64,000 nucleotides of DNA from Eledone cirrhosa (GCA_964016885.1 OZ024741.1:31434001-31498000); one strand, 5' to 3'; positions 14,093 to 27,100 are shown, counted from the first letter of the stretch. Translations and numbers: made by a program. The notes: generated by a model from the sequence alone, not told the origin.

Positions 14093-14939
14093 AATGGAAA
14101 AATTTGAACAGGAACAAAACAGAGAGGCAGTACAACGAATGTTTATTAATTTCACGCTCTCTCTATATATATATAAGTATTTATACGTACATACATATAT
14201 GTATACAGACGTACAGTTGTATGTATATATATACATACATGCACACATATATATATGTACGTATGGATTTACCGAACATTTATTATAATGCTCGGTTTGT
14301 TTGAAAACAAACATCCCGAATTAAGCTGCACAGTGTTTAGCAACCATCGTTGACCTTTTGTTCGGTAAATCCATACGTACATATATATATATGTGTGCAT
14401 GTATGTATATATATACATACTACTGTATGTCTCTATACATATATGTATGTACGTATACATACTTATATTTAAGTAACAGCCGTACTAAGAGTGAGAAATG
14501 AAATTTCGTTTCATTTTTTCCATTTATCGTTTTCGGTGCGCCCGGCCGATTAACTCACTCGATATGCAAATGTGGCTGCTCAGCCGTTAATATGCATAAG
14601 GAAAGTATATACTCATCTGGCAGGAAGGTATACGGTGCTGACGATAGCTAATAAGCTTGAAACTAGTACATCGTTCCTTTGTCAGTATTGAACAAAAGGG
14701 CAACGATGGTTGGTAAACACTGTACGGCTTAATTCGGGATGTTTGTTTACAAACAAACCGAGCATTATAATAAATGTTCGGTAATTCCATACGTACATAT
14801 ATATATATATGTGTGCATGTATGTATATATATACATACTACTTTACGTCTGTATACATATATGTATGTACGTATACATACTTATATTTAAGTAACAGCCG
14901 TACTAAAAGTGAGAAATGAAATTTCGTTTCATTTTTTCC

Positions 14940-14945
<6 letters not shown>
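14093..14945 (+). mobile_element. Non-coding mini-PLE / retrozyme-like element: inverted arm plus ~417-bp direct repeat unit with one HHR
   Basis: 14361-14526 repeated at 14777-14944; 14171-14362 is inverted relative to 14690-14887; (TA)n flanks. Confidence 0.8.
14632..14674 (+). ncRNA. Minimal type I hammerhead
   Basis: acggtg-CTGACGA-t agct aata agct t-GAAA-c ta g-TA-catcgt; 6-bp stem I, ACTAGT palindromic stem III, GUA triplet. Confidence 0.85.
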
Positions 14946-14979
<34 letters not shown>

Positions 14980-15123
14980 CAATAGCAAATGCATCTCGAT
15001 TGCATGGAGAACTGTGGAAATAATTATAGTGATTAAGCGATATATGTAACCTCAGCATCTATAATATATATATATATATGTATATACAAAGATTTGAATG
15101 GATACAGTTTAGTTGAAAGGAAT

Positions 15124-15244
15124 TTATTGACACGTGTTTCTATAACAGTTACATAACCTGAAAACAGCTGCTATCTACAAAGTTTTAGTTATGCAGACAT
15201 TCAATATTTCAATGTTATTATTTACTGTCATTTCATCAGAATAA
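15124..15244 (-). ncRNA. Type I hammerhead with extended (~90 nt) stem II
   Basis: ttatt-CTGATGA-a atgacagt...actgttat a-GAAA-c acgt g-TC-aataa. Confidence 0.75.
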
Positions 15245-15506
15245 TATTACTGAGGACCTATTTGGTTTTTATAGAGAATATTAGGAGGGAGGGGTGAAGT
15301 TGTTAGAAGAATAGTTGAGGGAGTGGTTTTTTGATAGCAGTGAGAATTTTTGGTGGCAGTGAGTAATTAGATTCCCATCTGTTGTTTTGACATTTTTATA
15401 GAATATATTACTGGTTATTTTTCTAAATCTATAGAAGGATTAGAGATAGTAAAGATATGCGTGGTTGGTTTTGTGTTTGCACTTAATTAACATTCAGACT
15501 TATATG

Positions 15507-15599
<93 letters not shown>

Positions 15600-15643
15600 A
15601 TGATATGATATGATATAATATAATATATATATATATTCAGAAT

Positions 15644-16075
15644 ATGAAGACATTCACATAATCAAAATATATGTTTTATTATATATATTTCGAAGGTACT
15701 GTGCTGTTTTTTCAGTACGCCCTCGCCAGATAAAATACATGAATTGATGTATGACATACCTCAACTGTCTTGATGGTTCAATTCCAGTATTGATAGCTCA
15801 AGTACTGGAATTGAACTATCAATACTGGAATTGAACCACCAAGACAGTTGAGGTATGTCATACATCAATTCATGTATTTATCTGACGAGAACGTACTGAA
15901 AAAACAGCACAGTACCTTCGAAATATATATAATAAAACATATTTGGTTATGTGAATGTCTTCATTTATTATTATTCTGAATAATAATAACTCCAGAAAAC
16001 TCTTTTTGTAGAGTGCTTTTAATCTATTGTAAAACTATATTCATTGAGTAATCAATGAATCATATTAATCTTTGG

Positions 16076-16077
<2 letters not shown>
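15644..16077 (+). mobile_element. Family F palindromic mini-element (palindrome 15644-15964 plus tail) with HHR at 15877-15936
   Basis: tttat-CTGACGA-gaa c gtactg..cagtac c ttc-GAAA-tatata-TA-ataaa; mirror copy near 15675-15735 reads CTGGCGA. Confidence 0.85.
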
Positions 16078-16122
<45 letters not shown>

Positions 16123-16343
16123 TTGCATGGTTTATGTTGTGAAATCGTGCGTTGAAACAAATATTGTTATAAATAAAAATGGAATATACATGACAATACA
16201 ACTGGAGGAAACATAATAGTACCGCTAATGATGTCTATAGGGATATAAAATATGCAGAAGTGAAAACCAGTCCAAACCAAACAGTTAGTGTGTTTTATTT
16301 TTATTTCTGGTAATATTATAACAATATGACCCTCCCCAAGTAT

Positions 16344-16431
<88 letters not shown>

Positions 16432-16526
16432 GTGGAACACTGGAAGGTAATATCCGTAGTGGTAGAGCACTCAGTCCAAGGGACGAGTTAGGTAGAAGTG
16501 GTTACACAACAGTTAGTTCACCATAC

Positions 16527-16564
16527 CGAGAACAATTGTTTCACCTTCACGGATCTTCAGCTCG
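16527..16564 (-). ncRNA. Minimal hammerhead in PLE 3' region
   Basis: cgag-CTGAAGA-tcc gtgaa ggt-GAAA-c aatt g-TT-ctcg. Confidence 0.7.
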
Positions 16565-19503
16565 CGATGTGTATGGTTATAGGAACAGGAAGGACAACCG
16601 TACGAACGCGCATGCGCAGAAACTCGGTCACTTCACACAGGCAATACTAGACTGCGTGCGGGGGTTGTAAGGGAGATAACTGCGAAAATCCGGAAAGTTT
16701 TTTGGTTGAAAATAAAATAAAATTAAAAAATTAAAAATAAAATTTAAAAGAATCAGCCCGGAGCCTTGTAGTTATGCAATAGATGTTTGGTGACGTGTGG
16801 ACAACGTGTAAAAAATTCACATCTCGTGTTTAGGCAATCAGTATTGCGTAATCTCTTTAGGATAGTTATTCGTTCGTCAATACATAAGCCACACGTCGGA
16901 TTTCCCCTTGCGTATGGCTTGGACTTAGTGATGGCTTTCCATTGAATGGAGTAACCTATACGTGAGTCCTTGAGGGACCATATGTGGCCCGCGAGTTTCG
17001 TGGATGAACGTCTGTCCGGGTATCTGAAGGTAGACTGGGGGTTCAGCAAGCGCTCCTTGAATCCGCCCACCGCCATGCCCACATAGGATTTGACCTCCTG
17101 TGGTTCATTTGGTCGGTTGGAAGTGACGACAGCTTCATAGATTACAGCTGGTATGTTGTTGAAAGGGGCAAGCTTCAGGCTTACGGCAAGAGCACCCTGA
17201 TGGGGTGTTGCTCCTACGGCTGCTGGTGATGTGGGCCTTCATGTTCTTAGCGCAGGAGTATCCTAGTTTAACTTTGTGTCGGTTAAAGATGGAGCGGTAT
17301 GTATGACCTATGGGAAAGTGTCTATCTAAGAGGGCTAGAAATGTTTTTCCTACATTGGTTTAAACGTTGAGTCAGAAGGGAGGAGAGAACCAGATAGTTT
17401 GTCTATTGATGCGCTTACTTTTCTTAATGGTGTTGTTGCTAGTGGGAGAGTAGGTGATAGGTTGTGAGAAGCCGCTGTTAGCCAACGCCGTGTTATAGTA
17501 GGGTGCCGCCCTATCAAATATAGCCTTATTAGAGGAGTGGTTTGAGATTCCAGTACTGATATTCTTAACGAAGTTTCTAAAAACAGTGGGAGGGTGGCAT
17601 GAGTCCTTGTGAATGTAATTAAGTTTCTCGTTTAGCTTATGGAAGGGTCTGTGAGTGTGTGTGCGAAGGTCTAAATTAATGTCTAAGAAATCTACGCTAG
17701 AGAGGTTGGTGGCTACTGTTTTCCTAAGGCCTAACTCATTGAAGGTAGAAGCTAAGTCTTTTTTAAACCGGGCGAGGTCGTGACTACTTTTATGGCTCGA
17801 TAAAGTCAGTCCATCGTCACGGTATATTGCCGTGTGGAAGTCCGGGGATCTAACACGTAATATGTCTAAGATAAAAAGGCCAACCAAGTCACATACGTCA
17901 GCACTGTCAAACGATCCCATGGAGACGTCGAACAGGTCTGAAGATGTAGACTTCTTTGCCCAGGCTACTCCGTCGTTGAAGAGGAGAGTTTTCCGGCAGT
18001 GAGCGATGATTTCACTGTCTAAACCATCGACGGTGGTATAAGTGGTAGCGAAGTCCAACGCTTTGTTTAACAGGGTCTCTGAGATCGACGGGTAAAAATC
18101 GACAATGTCAAACTGTGTGAACTTCGCTTTTTTGGATTTTAAGGAGTTAAACCACTTAATTACGGAGTCGCTGTTCTCCCACTAGGGCAGGTTGGACCTG
18201 GTCCTAATGGTCTTAACTATGTTTCTAAGTATGGCTTTACTGACTAGTCCCATTTATGTGCGTGCCGGGTTTATTAGTCTACATTTGGGGTTAGAAGTAA
18301 AGTCTACCTTGTGATCTTTCAGGGTGAAGAACGTCTCCTGCTTAGCTAGAGATTGTAGCCTTCTTATCTACCTTAAGGTCGGTGGCGAGTTCCTTGGCTT
18401 CTGTATTAATGTCGTGGTAGGCCATAGGGTTAGCTTTCTTATATTTAGAAGTAATAGCGTTATGGGCCAGGTAGCGGAAAGTGGTGTTGTCGACTTCGTA
18501 AATATTATTAGTTTTGTCGGAAAGGACGAAGGTGTTATTAGAAGACCTAAATGTCTTAATATCGTTTCTGAGTTTCGTTTGAAAGGTGTTAGTGTGTTTG
18601 CGGAAGGAAATGTTAGCGACTAAGTCAAGAAGGTCCGTCTCGAAAGGAGAAATTTCGGTTACCTTAGGAGGGTAGGCTCTCGATTTCAGGTTGAAGGTGT
18701 TGTTTGTGCCTGTAATTTTGCCGTCGAAAGCTAGGGCTCGCCATTTTAAGCGTCTGACGACATCTTCCGCTTTCCGCTTCATCTTTAACCGACACAAAGT
18801 TAAACTAGGATACTCCTGCGCTAAGAACATGAAGGCCCACATCACCAGCAGCCCTAGGAGCAACATCCCACCAGGGTGCTCTTGCCGTAAGCCTGAAACT
18901 TGCCCCCTTCAACAACACACCAACTGTAATCTATGAAGCTGTCGTCACTTCCAACCGACCAAATGAACCACAGGAGGTCAAATTCTATGTGGGCATGTCG
19001 GAGGGCGGAATGAAGGAGCGCTTGCTGAACCCCCAGTCTACCTTCAGATACCCGGACAGACGTTCATCCACGAAACTCGCGAGCCACGTATGGTCCCTCA
19101 TGGACTCACGTATAGGTTACTCCATTCAATGGAAAGCCATCACTAAGTCCAAGCCATACGCAAGGGGAAATCCGAGTGTGGCTTATGTATTGACGAACGA
19201 ACAACTATGCTAAAAATTACGCAATACTGATTGCCTAAACACGAGATGTGGATTTTTTACACGTTGTCCACACGTCACCAAACATCTATTGCATAACTAC
19301 AAGGCTCCGAACTGATTCTTTTAAATTTTATTTTTAATTTTTTAATTTTATTTTATTTTCAACCAAAAAGCTTTCCGGATTTTCGCAGTTATCTCCCTTA
19401 CACCTCCCGCACGCAGTCTAATATTGCTTGTGTGAAGTGACCGAGTTTCTGCGCATGCGCGTTCGTACGGTTGTCCTTCCTGTTCCTATAACTATATACA
19501 TCG

Positions 19504-19541
19504 CGAGCTGAAGATCCGCGAAGGTGAAACAATTGTTCTCG
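19504..19541 (+). ncRNA. Minimal hammerhead in the inverted PLE arm
   Basis: cgag-CTGAAGA-tcc gcgaa ggt-GAAA-c aatt g-TT-ctcg. Confidence 0.7.
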
Positions 19542-19570
19542 GTATGGTGAACTAACTGTTGTGTAACCAC

Positions 19571-19620
<50 letters not shown>

Positions 19621-19622
<2 letters not shown>

Positions 19623-20075
19623 GATATTAAACAAATGGAAACTATATTTATAAAACCATATTTATTTCATTATATATATTTCAGGGATACCATATTAAAA
19701 ATATGGCATGCCTTCCTCAGACAAAATAAAATATATAAGCCGTTTTATAAATAAATTTGACATACCTAGAACAGTGCAACTTCCATTTAAAAAGTTGATT
19801 TTTCTACCAAATCAACTTTTTTAAATGGAAGTTGCACTGTTCTAGGTATGTCAAATTTATTTATAAAACGGCTTATATATTGTATTTTGTCTGAGGAAGG
19901 CATGCCATATTTTTAATATGGTATCCCTGAAATATATATAATGAAATAAATATGGTTTTATAAATATAGTTTCCATTTGTTTAATATCGTAAACCTACTC
20001 CAAAACATGTTGAGTGCTTTTATATCAGTTATAAAATATTTACTCGTTGTAACCCTACAATTTTAAATAAACTTT

Positions 20076-20078
<3 letters not shown>
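19621..20078 (+). mobile_element. Family F near-perfect palindrome (19621-19990) plus tail, with two intact HHR motifs (19665-19726 -, 19885-19946 +)
   Basis: ttttgt-CTGAGGA-agg c atgccatatt ttt aatatggtat c cct-GAAA-tatata-TA-atgaaa; arms almost identical; in (TA)n. Confidence 0.9.
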
Positions 20079-20134
<56 letters not shown>

Positions 20135-20762
20135 ATTATATACACTCATAAATCTACACTGATGTGTATACACGTGTGTATGTAATGCATGTGAGTTTGA
20201 ATGCTTGTATTTAAGTTACATTATATTTCTCTGTGTTTATTTGCGTGGGTTTCATTCTAAAAACATTGAACGCAACTTTTTAGCCAAGATGGTGTCAATT
20301 AACTGTTTTAACTTTAAAGATGGCTGCCAAACATTTTAATCCCATAAAAACATAGGACATAAAATGAAATATATTATAATGTAAAATTAATAACGATCAA
20401 CTTGGACAACAAAACAATAACAATAATAAAAATAATGAGTTATAAAAAAAGGCGTGAAATATGAATCAGATTCCGTTGTTATTGTTGTTTACAGCTTTTT
20501 TTGTTGTCTTTTCTAATTGAAATCTGTTAAGAAGACAGAAGCAATAACAGACTTTACATGCTTTGCAAATTGACGCCATAGAAATGTAGTGGAAAAGAAT
20601 AGAGAGTTCGAAAACAGATATTATATAAATGATATGCACATAGAGTAAGATATATAGATATTGATAGATAGAAAGATAGACATAGAATGTGAGGTATAGA
20701 TAACAGTTAAGTTTTAGGAAGATAGATAAATATGGTATAGACAGAATTTCATATCTATCCAT

Positions 20763-20824
<62 letters not shown>

Positions 20825-23069
20825 CTGTGCTGTGACCGGGAGAATTCCCTGTGCTGTGACCAAGGGCGTAGTCACGCTAGAGAGGAAGGACGAGAACAAG
20901 GGGGACGATATAAATAATTTCAGGCCCATAACACTGCTAAATACAGAGTTACAGATTTTGGCCAAGGTGCTAGCAAAGAGGTTGGCACTTGTCGTGGGCA
21001 ACCTGGTGGGAGATGCGCAGACATGTGCTATCCCGTCCAGGTCCATCCACGACAACCTCCACCTCATGCGACCCATCATAGAAAGGGTTGGGAACGAACC
21101 CGGCTTTGGTGGGGCCCTGATCAACTTGGATCAATATAAGGCGTTCGATAGGGTCGACCATGGTTTCCTGGATGCGGTGCTAGCGGCGGCAGGCTTCGGA
21201 CCCGTTTTCAGGGGCTGGATCAATGCCATGCACAGCAGCCGCATCTGCTCTAGGGTCAAGGTGAACGGATACCTCTCGGAGCCGTTCGAAATCGCGCGGT
21301 CCATCCGTCAAGGGTGCCCTCTCTCCTCCCTTCTGTATGTAATGACTCTAGAGCCACTGCTGCGAAAGTTGGAGTTGTTGCAGAGAATCCAGTGGGAACC
21401 GGGATTGCGGAAAGCGGTGTCGGTCTACGCCGATGACGTAACAGTAATGGTGTCGACGGCCTCGGAAATCGGGGCGATCGGCACCTTACTGGAGGAGTAC
21501 GAAAGGTTTACAAGGGCTAAGCTGAACCGGGACAAGTCGATCGGTCTGCAACTCGGCACGTGGAGGGGCAGATCGATGCCCTCCGATAGCGTCGTCGGGC
21601 GCTGGACGGAGGGCCCGGTGAAGTTGCTCGGGGTCTGGTTCGGACCAGACCTCCAGGTGGAGAGGAACTGGGGTGAGGTAACGAACAGGATGTTTGCACT
21701 GACGCAGAAGTGGGCCGAGTGCAAACTGTCCCTGAAAGGTCGGGCGGAGGTGGCGAACACTTATATAGCGTCCGACATCTACTACCGCCTGACCGTTGTG
21801 CCTTACCCAAGCGAAACGCTCGCCAAAATGGAGAGCGCACTCTTCCAATTCCTTTGGAAGAAGCGGGCTCCTATGGTGAGGAGATCCATCTGCTGTCAAC
21901 ACCCTTCGAAAGGAGGGCTGGGAATGCCGTGGCTAATGATACGTAAACACGCATTAAGGCTACGGCACCTCCAGGTATTCCTCACCGGTCAACCGGTGTC
22001 GGCCCCGTTTGTGAGGCGAGCCTTTCCCAGACTCGTCTCACTCACCGAGCTGCAATCCTGGGTCAAGCAAAGACCGAGAAAATGGGCGCCTGGCACACCG
22101 AGTGTGCCCAGGCGCTCACGGCTCTCTGGCAGGCGGACCCGGCTGTCAGTGGAGAATCCACCTCGTCATTCTATAGAGGGCTGGTGGTTAGCAGGTGCGA
22201 CGACGCCCTCAGCGAAGCCCTAGGCATGGAGGAAGATGAACTGGCCAACCTTTTCGGTAGGACATCCATCCCGGGACTCATGGATAACTTCCAGAGGTCC
22301 CTGGCGTGTCAGTGCTACCGAGGGGCTCTGCCCGTTCGAGAAAGGCTCTACAGACACGGGCGCCCGGGTAGGGACCCATCGAAAAAGATCTGTCCCAGAT
22401 GCGTGTGCGACGAGGAAACCGTTGCACACGCATTGGTGCAGTGCTTGGGCATTGCCGATCTGTGGGGCTATGTCGAACAACTGCTGTCAAGGGTGGGACC
22501 GATCCGGTTGACCACCGAGTCTATTGTAACGATCAAGCCGCCTCCCCTCTTCAAAAACGAAGGAGAGGCTGTGTTTCTGTGCGTAATAGCCATGGCGAAA
22601 GAGGTTGTATGGTGGACGCGTCTGAAAGGACTGAGGTCAGACATCTTTCTCTCTGGCCAACAACTGGTCCGTTTCTTCCGATATCATTTCGGAAGAAGGA
22701 TCAGGATGGAGAGAGAGGTGCTGCACCCCAGTCGTTTTTATGAAAGATGGGTGAAAGTGGCGAGAATGGCCCGTGTGAATCGGCCTTCTCTTTACATAAG
22801 CCTGTAGGTGGAAAGGAGGAAGGAACGAGGGAGCACCCCTTTTCCGTGCTCCTGAAGAGAAGGTTTGCACACTTTTTTCGGGGGTGTGTGCGACCCCCAA
22901 GGCGCCTCCTCTCTATTGAGGATTTTGTTATAAATTTTATTTTGTTATATTTTATTTTATTTTTATATTTTGTTATTGTCTCCTCCTTATTGAGGACGCC
23001 TTGTTTTGTAAACTCCCCCCATTGTACTTGTCCCACTTTTTGATGTCCTGGTGGCAAATAAAAAGAAAC
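20825..23069 (+). mobile_element. L1/Tx1-clade LINE, 5'-truncated (RT + C-terminal zinc knuckle), inserted in (TATC)n
   Basis: NFRPITLLNT, LDQYKAFDRVDH, IRQGCPLS, YADD, KGGLG, CPRC..EETVAHALVQC; one frameshift near 22085; AATAAA near 23057; (TATC)n on both sides. Confidence 0.93.
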
Positions 23070-23861
23070 ATATCTATCTATCTATCAAACTATTCCCCCT
23101 CCCCTCTCTCTCTCTCTATATATATATACATATGTGTATATGTATTTGTGCGTGTGTGTGCTTCCACGTGTGTAATAATGTAACATCTATGTAGAGAGAA
23201 AGTGCGATAGAGAAAGAGTGGACGAGAGGGAGATAGAGGAGGGGAGAGAAGGATAGAGATGGTGAAGAGAGAGGGAGAGCAGGGAAGAGGGTGATAGAGA
23301 TGGGGAAGAGAGGAAGTGTAGAGAAATCTACAATATAGAAATAAAATCTGATGAATAAATAAAATAAAATAACAAAGAATATTGTTGGAAGCTAAAAATG
23401 TAATTTGGAAGTTAGAATAGAAAATTTTTCACAGCAAATAAATTCCTCTTCGTGCCAAGACAACTACTGAACAACATGGAGATAACAGAATGGAGAGGTT
23501 ATCCTCATTTAGTGAAGTAGATTTCAAACGTTCGCTTTGTAAAATGTTACTGCGTCATCGGAACTTAATTTAGTTCTAAATAGGGAAAATACTCAAGGAG
23601 AGAGTTCTGTATTTTAAGCACTAAGGTTAAGTCTCCTATATATAATGCAGTGATTTGAAAAACAAACAAAAGAACAACAAAATAAACAAACAAAAAACAA
23701 ATCAATTTCAATTAACTCATATAAGTAACTAAGTATTTGAAGTTTCCCATTCTGCCAGTGACACCGCGTGGACTCCTCTCTTTCAAATAATAGATTTGCC
23801 TATTCAGCTCTATAGAAGTATCTAAAGAAGAGAGGGTGATGACACAAACTCAAACCTGTTA

Positions 23862-24046
23862 AATAATTGTTTCTACTTTAGGCAGAAGGCCAGCAAATTA
23901 CCCAGTGCATTACTGGTACTTTATTTTATCGACCCCGTAAGGATGAACGGCAAAGTCAACATCGGCGGGATTTGAACTCAGATCGTAAAGGGACGTAACT
24001 ATGCTGGAAAGCATGGAGTCCGACCCTCTACCGATACTGCCAATAC
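23862..24046 (-). mobile_element. tRNA-derived SINE with TSD
   Basis: Same family as 836-1414; flanking duplication acctgttaaataat. Confidence 0.9.
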
Positions 24047-24119
24047 ACCTGTTAAATAATGAAACACATAATACTTTAATGTCGACAAATGTTTTTAGAC
24101 TAGTTACTTATTCTATCAC

Positions 24120-27100
24120 GTGGTGTGCGTTAACAGTTAAGAGGACATAGCAGGTGTGTTAACAGTTAAGAGGACAGAACAGGTGTGTTAACAGTTAAGA
24201 GGACATAGCAGGTGTGTTAACAGTTAAGAGGACAGAACAGGTGTGTTAACAGTTAAGGGAACAGAGCAGGTGTGTTAACAGTTAAGAGGACAGAGCAGGT
24301 GTGTTAACAGTTAAGAGGACAGAGCAGCTGTGATAACAGTTAAGAGGACAGAACAGGTGTGTTAACAGTTAAGAGAACAGAGCAGGTGTGTTAACAGTTA
24401 AGAGGACAGAACAGGTGTGTTAACAGTTAAGGGAACAGAGCAGGTGTGTTAACAGTTAAGAGGACAGAGCAGCTGTGATAACAGTTAAGAGGACAGAACA
24501 GGTGTGTTAACAGTTAAGAGAACAGAGCAGGTGTGTTAACAGTTAAGAGGACAGAACAGGTGTGTTAACAGTTAAGGGAACAGAGCAGGTGTGTTAACAG
24601 TTAAGAGGACAGAGCAGCTGTGATAACAGTTAAGAGGACAGAACAGGTGTGTTAACAGTTAAGAGAACAGAGCAGGTGTGTTAACAGTTAAGAGGATATA
24701 GCAGGTGTGTGTTAACAGTTAAGAGGAGAGAGCAGCTGTGATAACAGTTAAGAGGACAGAACAGGTGTGTTAACAGTTAAGAGGACAGAACAGGTGTGTT
24801 AACAGTTAAGAGGACAGAACAGGTGTGTTAACAGTTAAGAGAACAGAGCAGGTGTGTTAACAGTTAAGAGGATATAGCAGGTGTGTGTTAACAGTTAAGA
24901 GGACAGAACAGGTGTGTTAACAGTTAAGAGAACAGAGCAGGTGTGTTAACAGTTAAGAGGATATAGCAGGTGTGTGTTAACAGTTAAGAGGACAGAACAG
25001 GTGTGTTAACAGTTAAGGGAACAGAGCAGGTGTGTTAACAGTTAAGAGAACAGAGCAGGTGTGTTAACAGTTAAGAGGATATAGCAGGTGTGTGTTAACA
25101 GTTAAGAGGAGAGAGCAGCTGTGATAACAGTTAAGAGGACAGAACAGGTGTGTTAACAGTTAAGAGGACAGAACAGGTGTGTTAACAGTTAAGAGGACAG
25201 AACAGGTGTGTTAACAGTTAAGAGGAGAGAGCAGGTGTGTTAACAATTAAGAGGACAGAACAGGTGTGTTAACAATTAAGAGGACAGAACAGGTGTGTTA
25301 ACAATTAAGAGGACAGAAAAGGTGGGTTAACAGTTAAGAGGACATAGCAGGTGTGTTAACAGTTAAGAGAACAGAACAGGTGTGTTAACAGTTAAGAGAA
25401 CATAACAGGTGTGTTAACAATTAAGAGGACAGAACAGGTGTGTTAACAGTTAAGAGGACAGAACAGGTGTGTTAACAGTTAAGAGGACAGAACAGGTGTG
25501 TTAACAGTTAAGAGGACATAGCAGGTGTGTTAACAATTAAGAGGACAGAGCAGGTGTGTTAACAGTTAAGAGGACAGAGCAGGTGTGTTAACAGTTAAGA
25601 GGACAGAGCAGGTGTGTTAACAATTAAGAGGACAGAAAAGGTGGGTTAACAGTTAGGAGGACATAGCAGGTGTGTTAACAATTAAGAGGACAGAACAGGT
25701 GTGTTAACAGTTAAGAGGACATAGCAGGTGCGTTAACAGTTAAGAGGACAGAACAGGTGTGTTAACAGTTAAGAGGACATAGCAAGTGTGTTAACTGTTA
25801 AGAGGAGAGAGCAGGTGTGTTAACAGTTAAGAGGAGAGAGCAGGTGTGTTAACAGTTAAGAGGAGAGAGCAGGTGTGTTAACTGTTAAGAGGACAGAACA
25901 GGTGTGTTAACTGTTGAGAGGACAGAACAGGTGTGTTAACTTTTAAGAGAACCGAACAGGTGTGGTAACAGTTAAGAGGATAGAACAGGTGTGTTAACTG
26001 TTAAGAGGACAGAACAGGTGTGTTAACAGTTGAGAGGACAGAACAGGTGTGTTAACTTTTAAGAGAACCGAACAGGTGTGGTAACAGTTAAGAGGAGAGA
26101 ACAGGTGTGTTAACTGTTAAGAGGACAGAACAGGTGTGTTAACTGTTGAGAGGACAGAACAGGTGTGTTAACTTTTAAGAGAACCGAACAGGTGTGGTAA
26201 CAGTTAAGAGGATAGAACAGGTGTGTTAACAATTAAGAGGACATAACATGTGTGTTAACAGTTAAGAGGAGAGAGCAGGTGTGTTAACTATTAAGAGGAC
26301 ATAACAGGTGTGTTAACAGTTAAGAGGTCAGAGCAGCTGTGATAACAGTTAAGAGGACAGAACAGGTGTGTTAACAGTTAAGAGAACAGAACAGGTGTTT
26401 TAACAGTTAAGAGGACAGAACAGGTGTGTTAACAGTTAAGAGGAGAGAGCAGGTGTGTTAACAATTAAGAGGACAGAACAGGTGTGTTAACAGTTAAGAG
26501 GACAGAAAAGGGGTGTGAACAGTTAAGAGGACAAACCAGGTGGGTTAACAGTTAAGAGGACAGAGCAGGTGGGTTAACAGTTAAGAGGACAGAGCAGGTG
26601 TGTTAACAATTAAGAGGACAGAACAGGTGTGTTAACAGTTAAGAGGAGAGAGCAGGTGTGTTAACAGTTAAGAGGAGAGAGCAGGTGTGTTAACTGTTAA
26701 GAGGACAGAACAGGTGCGTTAACAGTTAAGAGGACAGAAAAGGTGTGTTAACTGTTGAGAGGACAGAACAGGTGTGTTAACTGTTAAGAGTAGAGAGCAG
26801 ATGTGTTAACAGTTTAGAGGACAGAACAGGTGTGTTAACTGTTGAGAGGACAGAGCAGGTGTGTTAACAGTTAAGAGGACAGAACAGGTGTGTTAACTGT
26901 TAAGAGGAGAGAGCAGGTGTGTCAACTATTAAGAGGACAGAACAGGTTTGTTAACAGTTAAAAGACAGAGCAGATGTTTTAACAGTTAAGAGGAGAGGGC
27001 AGGTTTGTTATCTATTAAGAGGACAGAACAGGTGTGTTAACAGTTAAGAAGACAGAGCAGGTGTGTTAACTGTTGAGAGGAGAAAACAGGTGTGTTAACT

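Larger units (their letters stand above)
16428..19575 (-). mobile_element. Penelope-like element (Hydra-clade-like, YRDD RT + GIY-YIG) with ~800-bp 5' inverted copy of its own 3' end
   Basis: Minus strand RRLKWRA, LSDKTNNIY, FDVSMGSFDSADVCDLVGL, YRDD, WFSPPF, CSCR..CP, YVG, CGLCIDE; arms 16493-17297 / 18774-19575; stops and frameshifts present. Confidence 0.92.

Noticed and set aside
18342-18866. 174-aa ORF with hydrophobic N-terminus
   Set aside because: Chimera across the PLE inversion junction at about 18774
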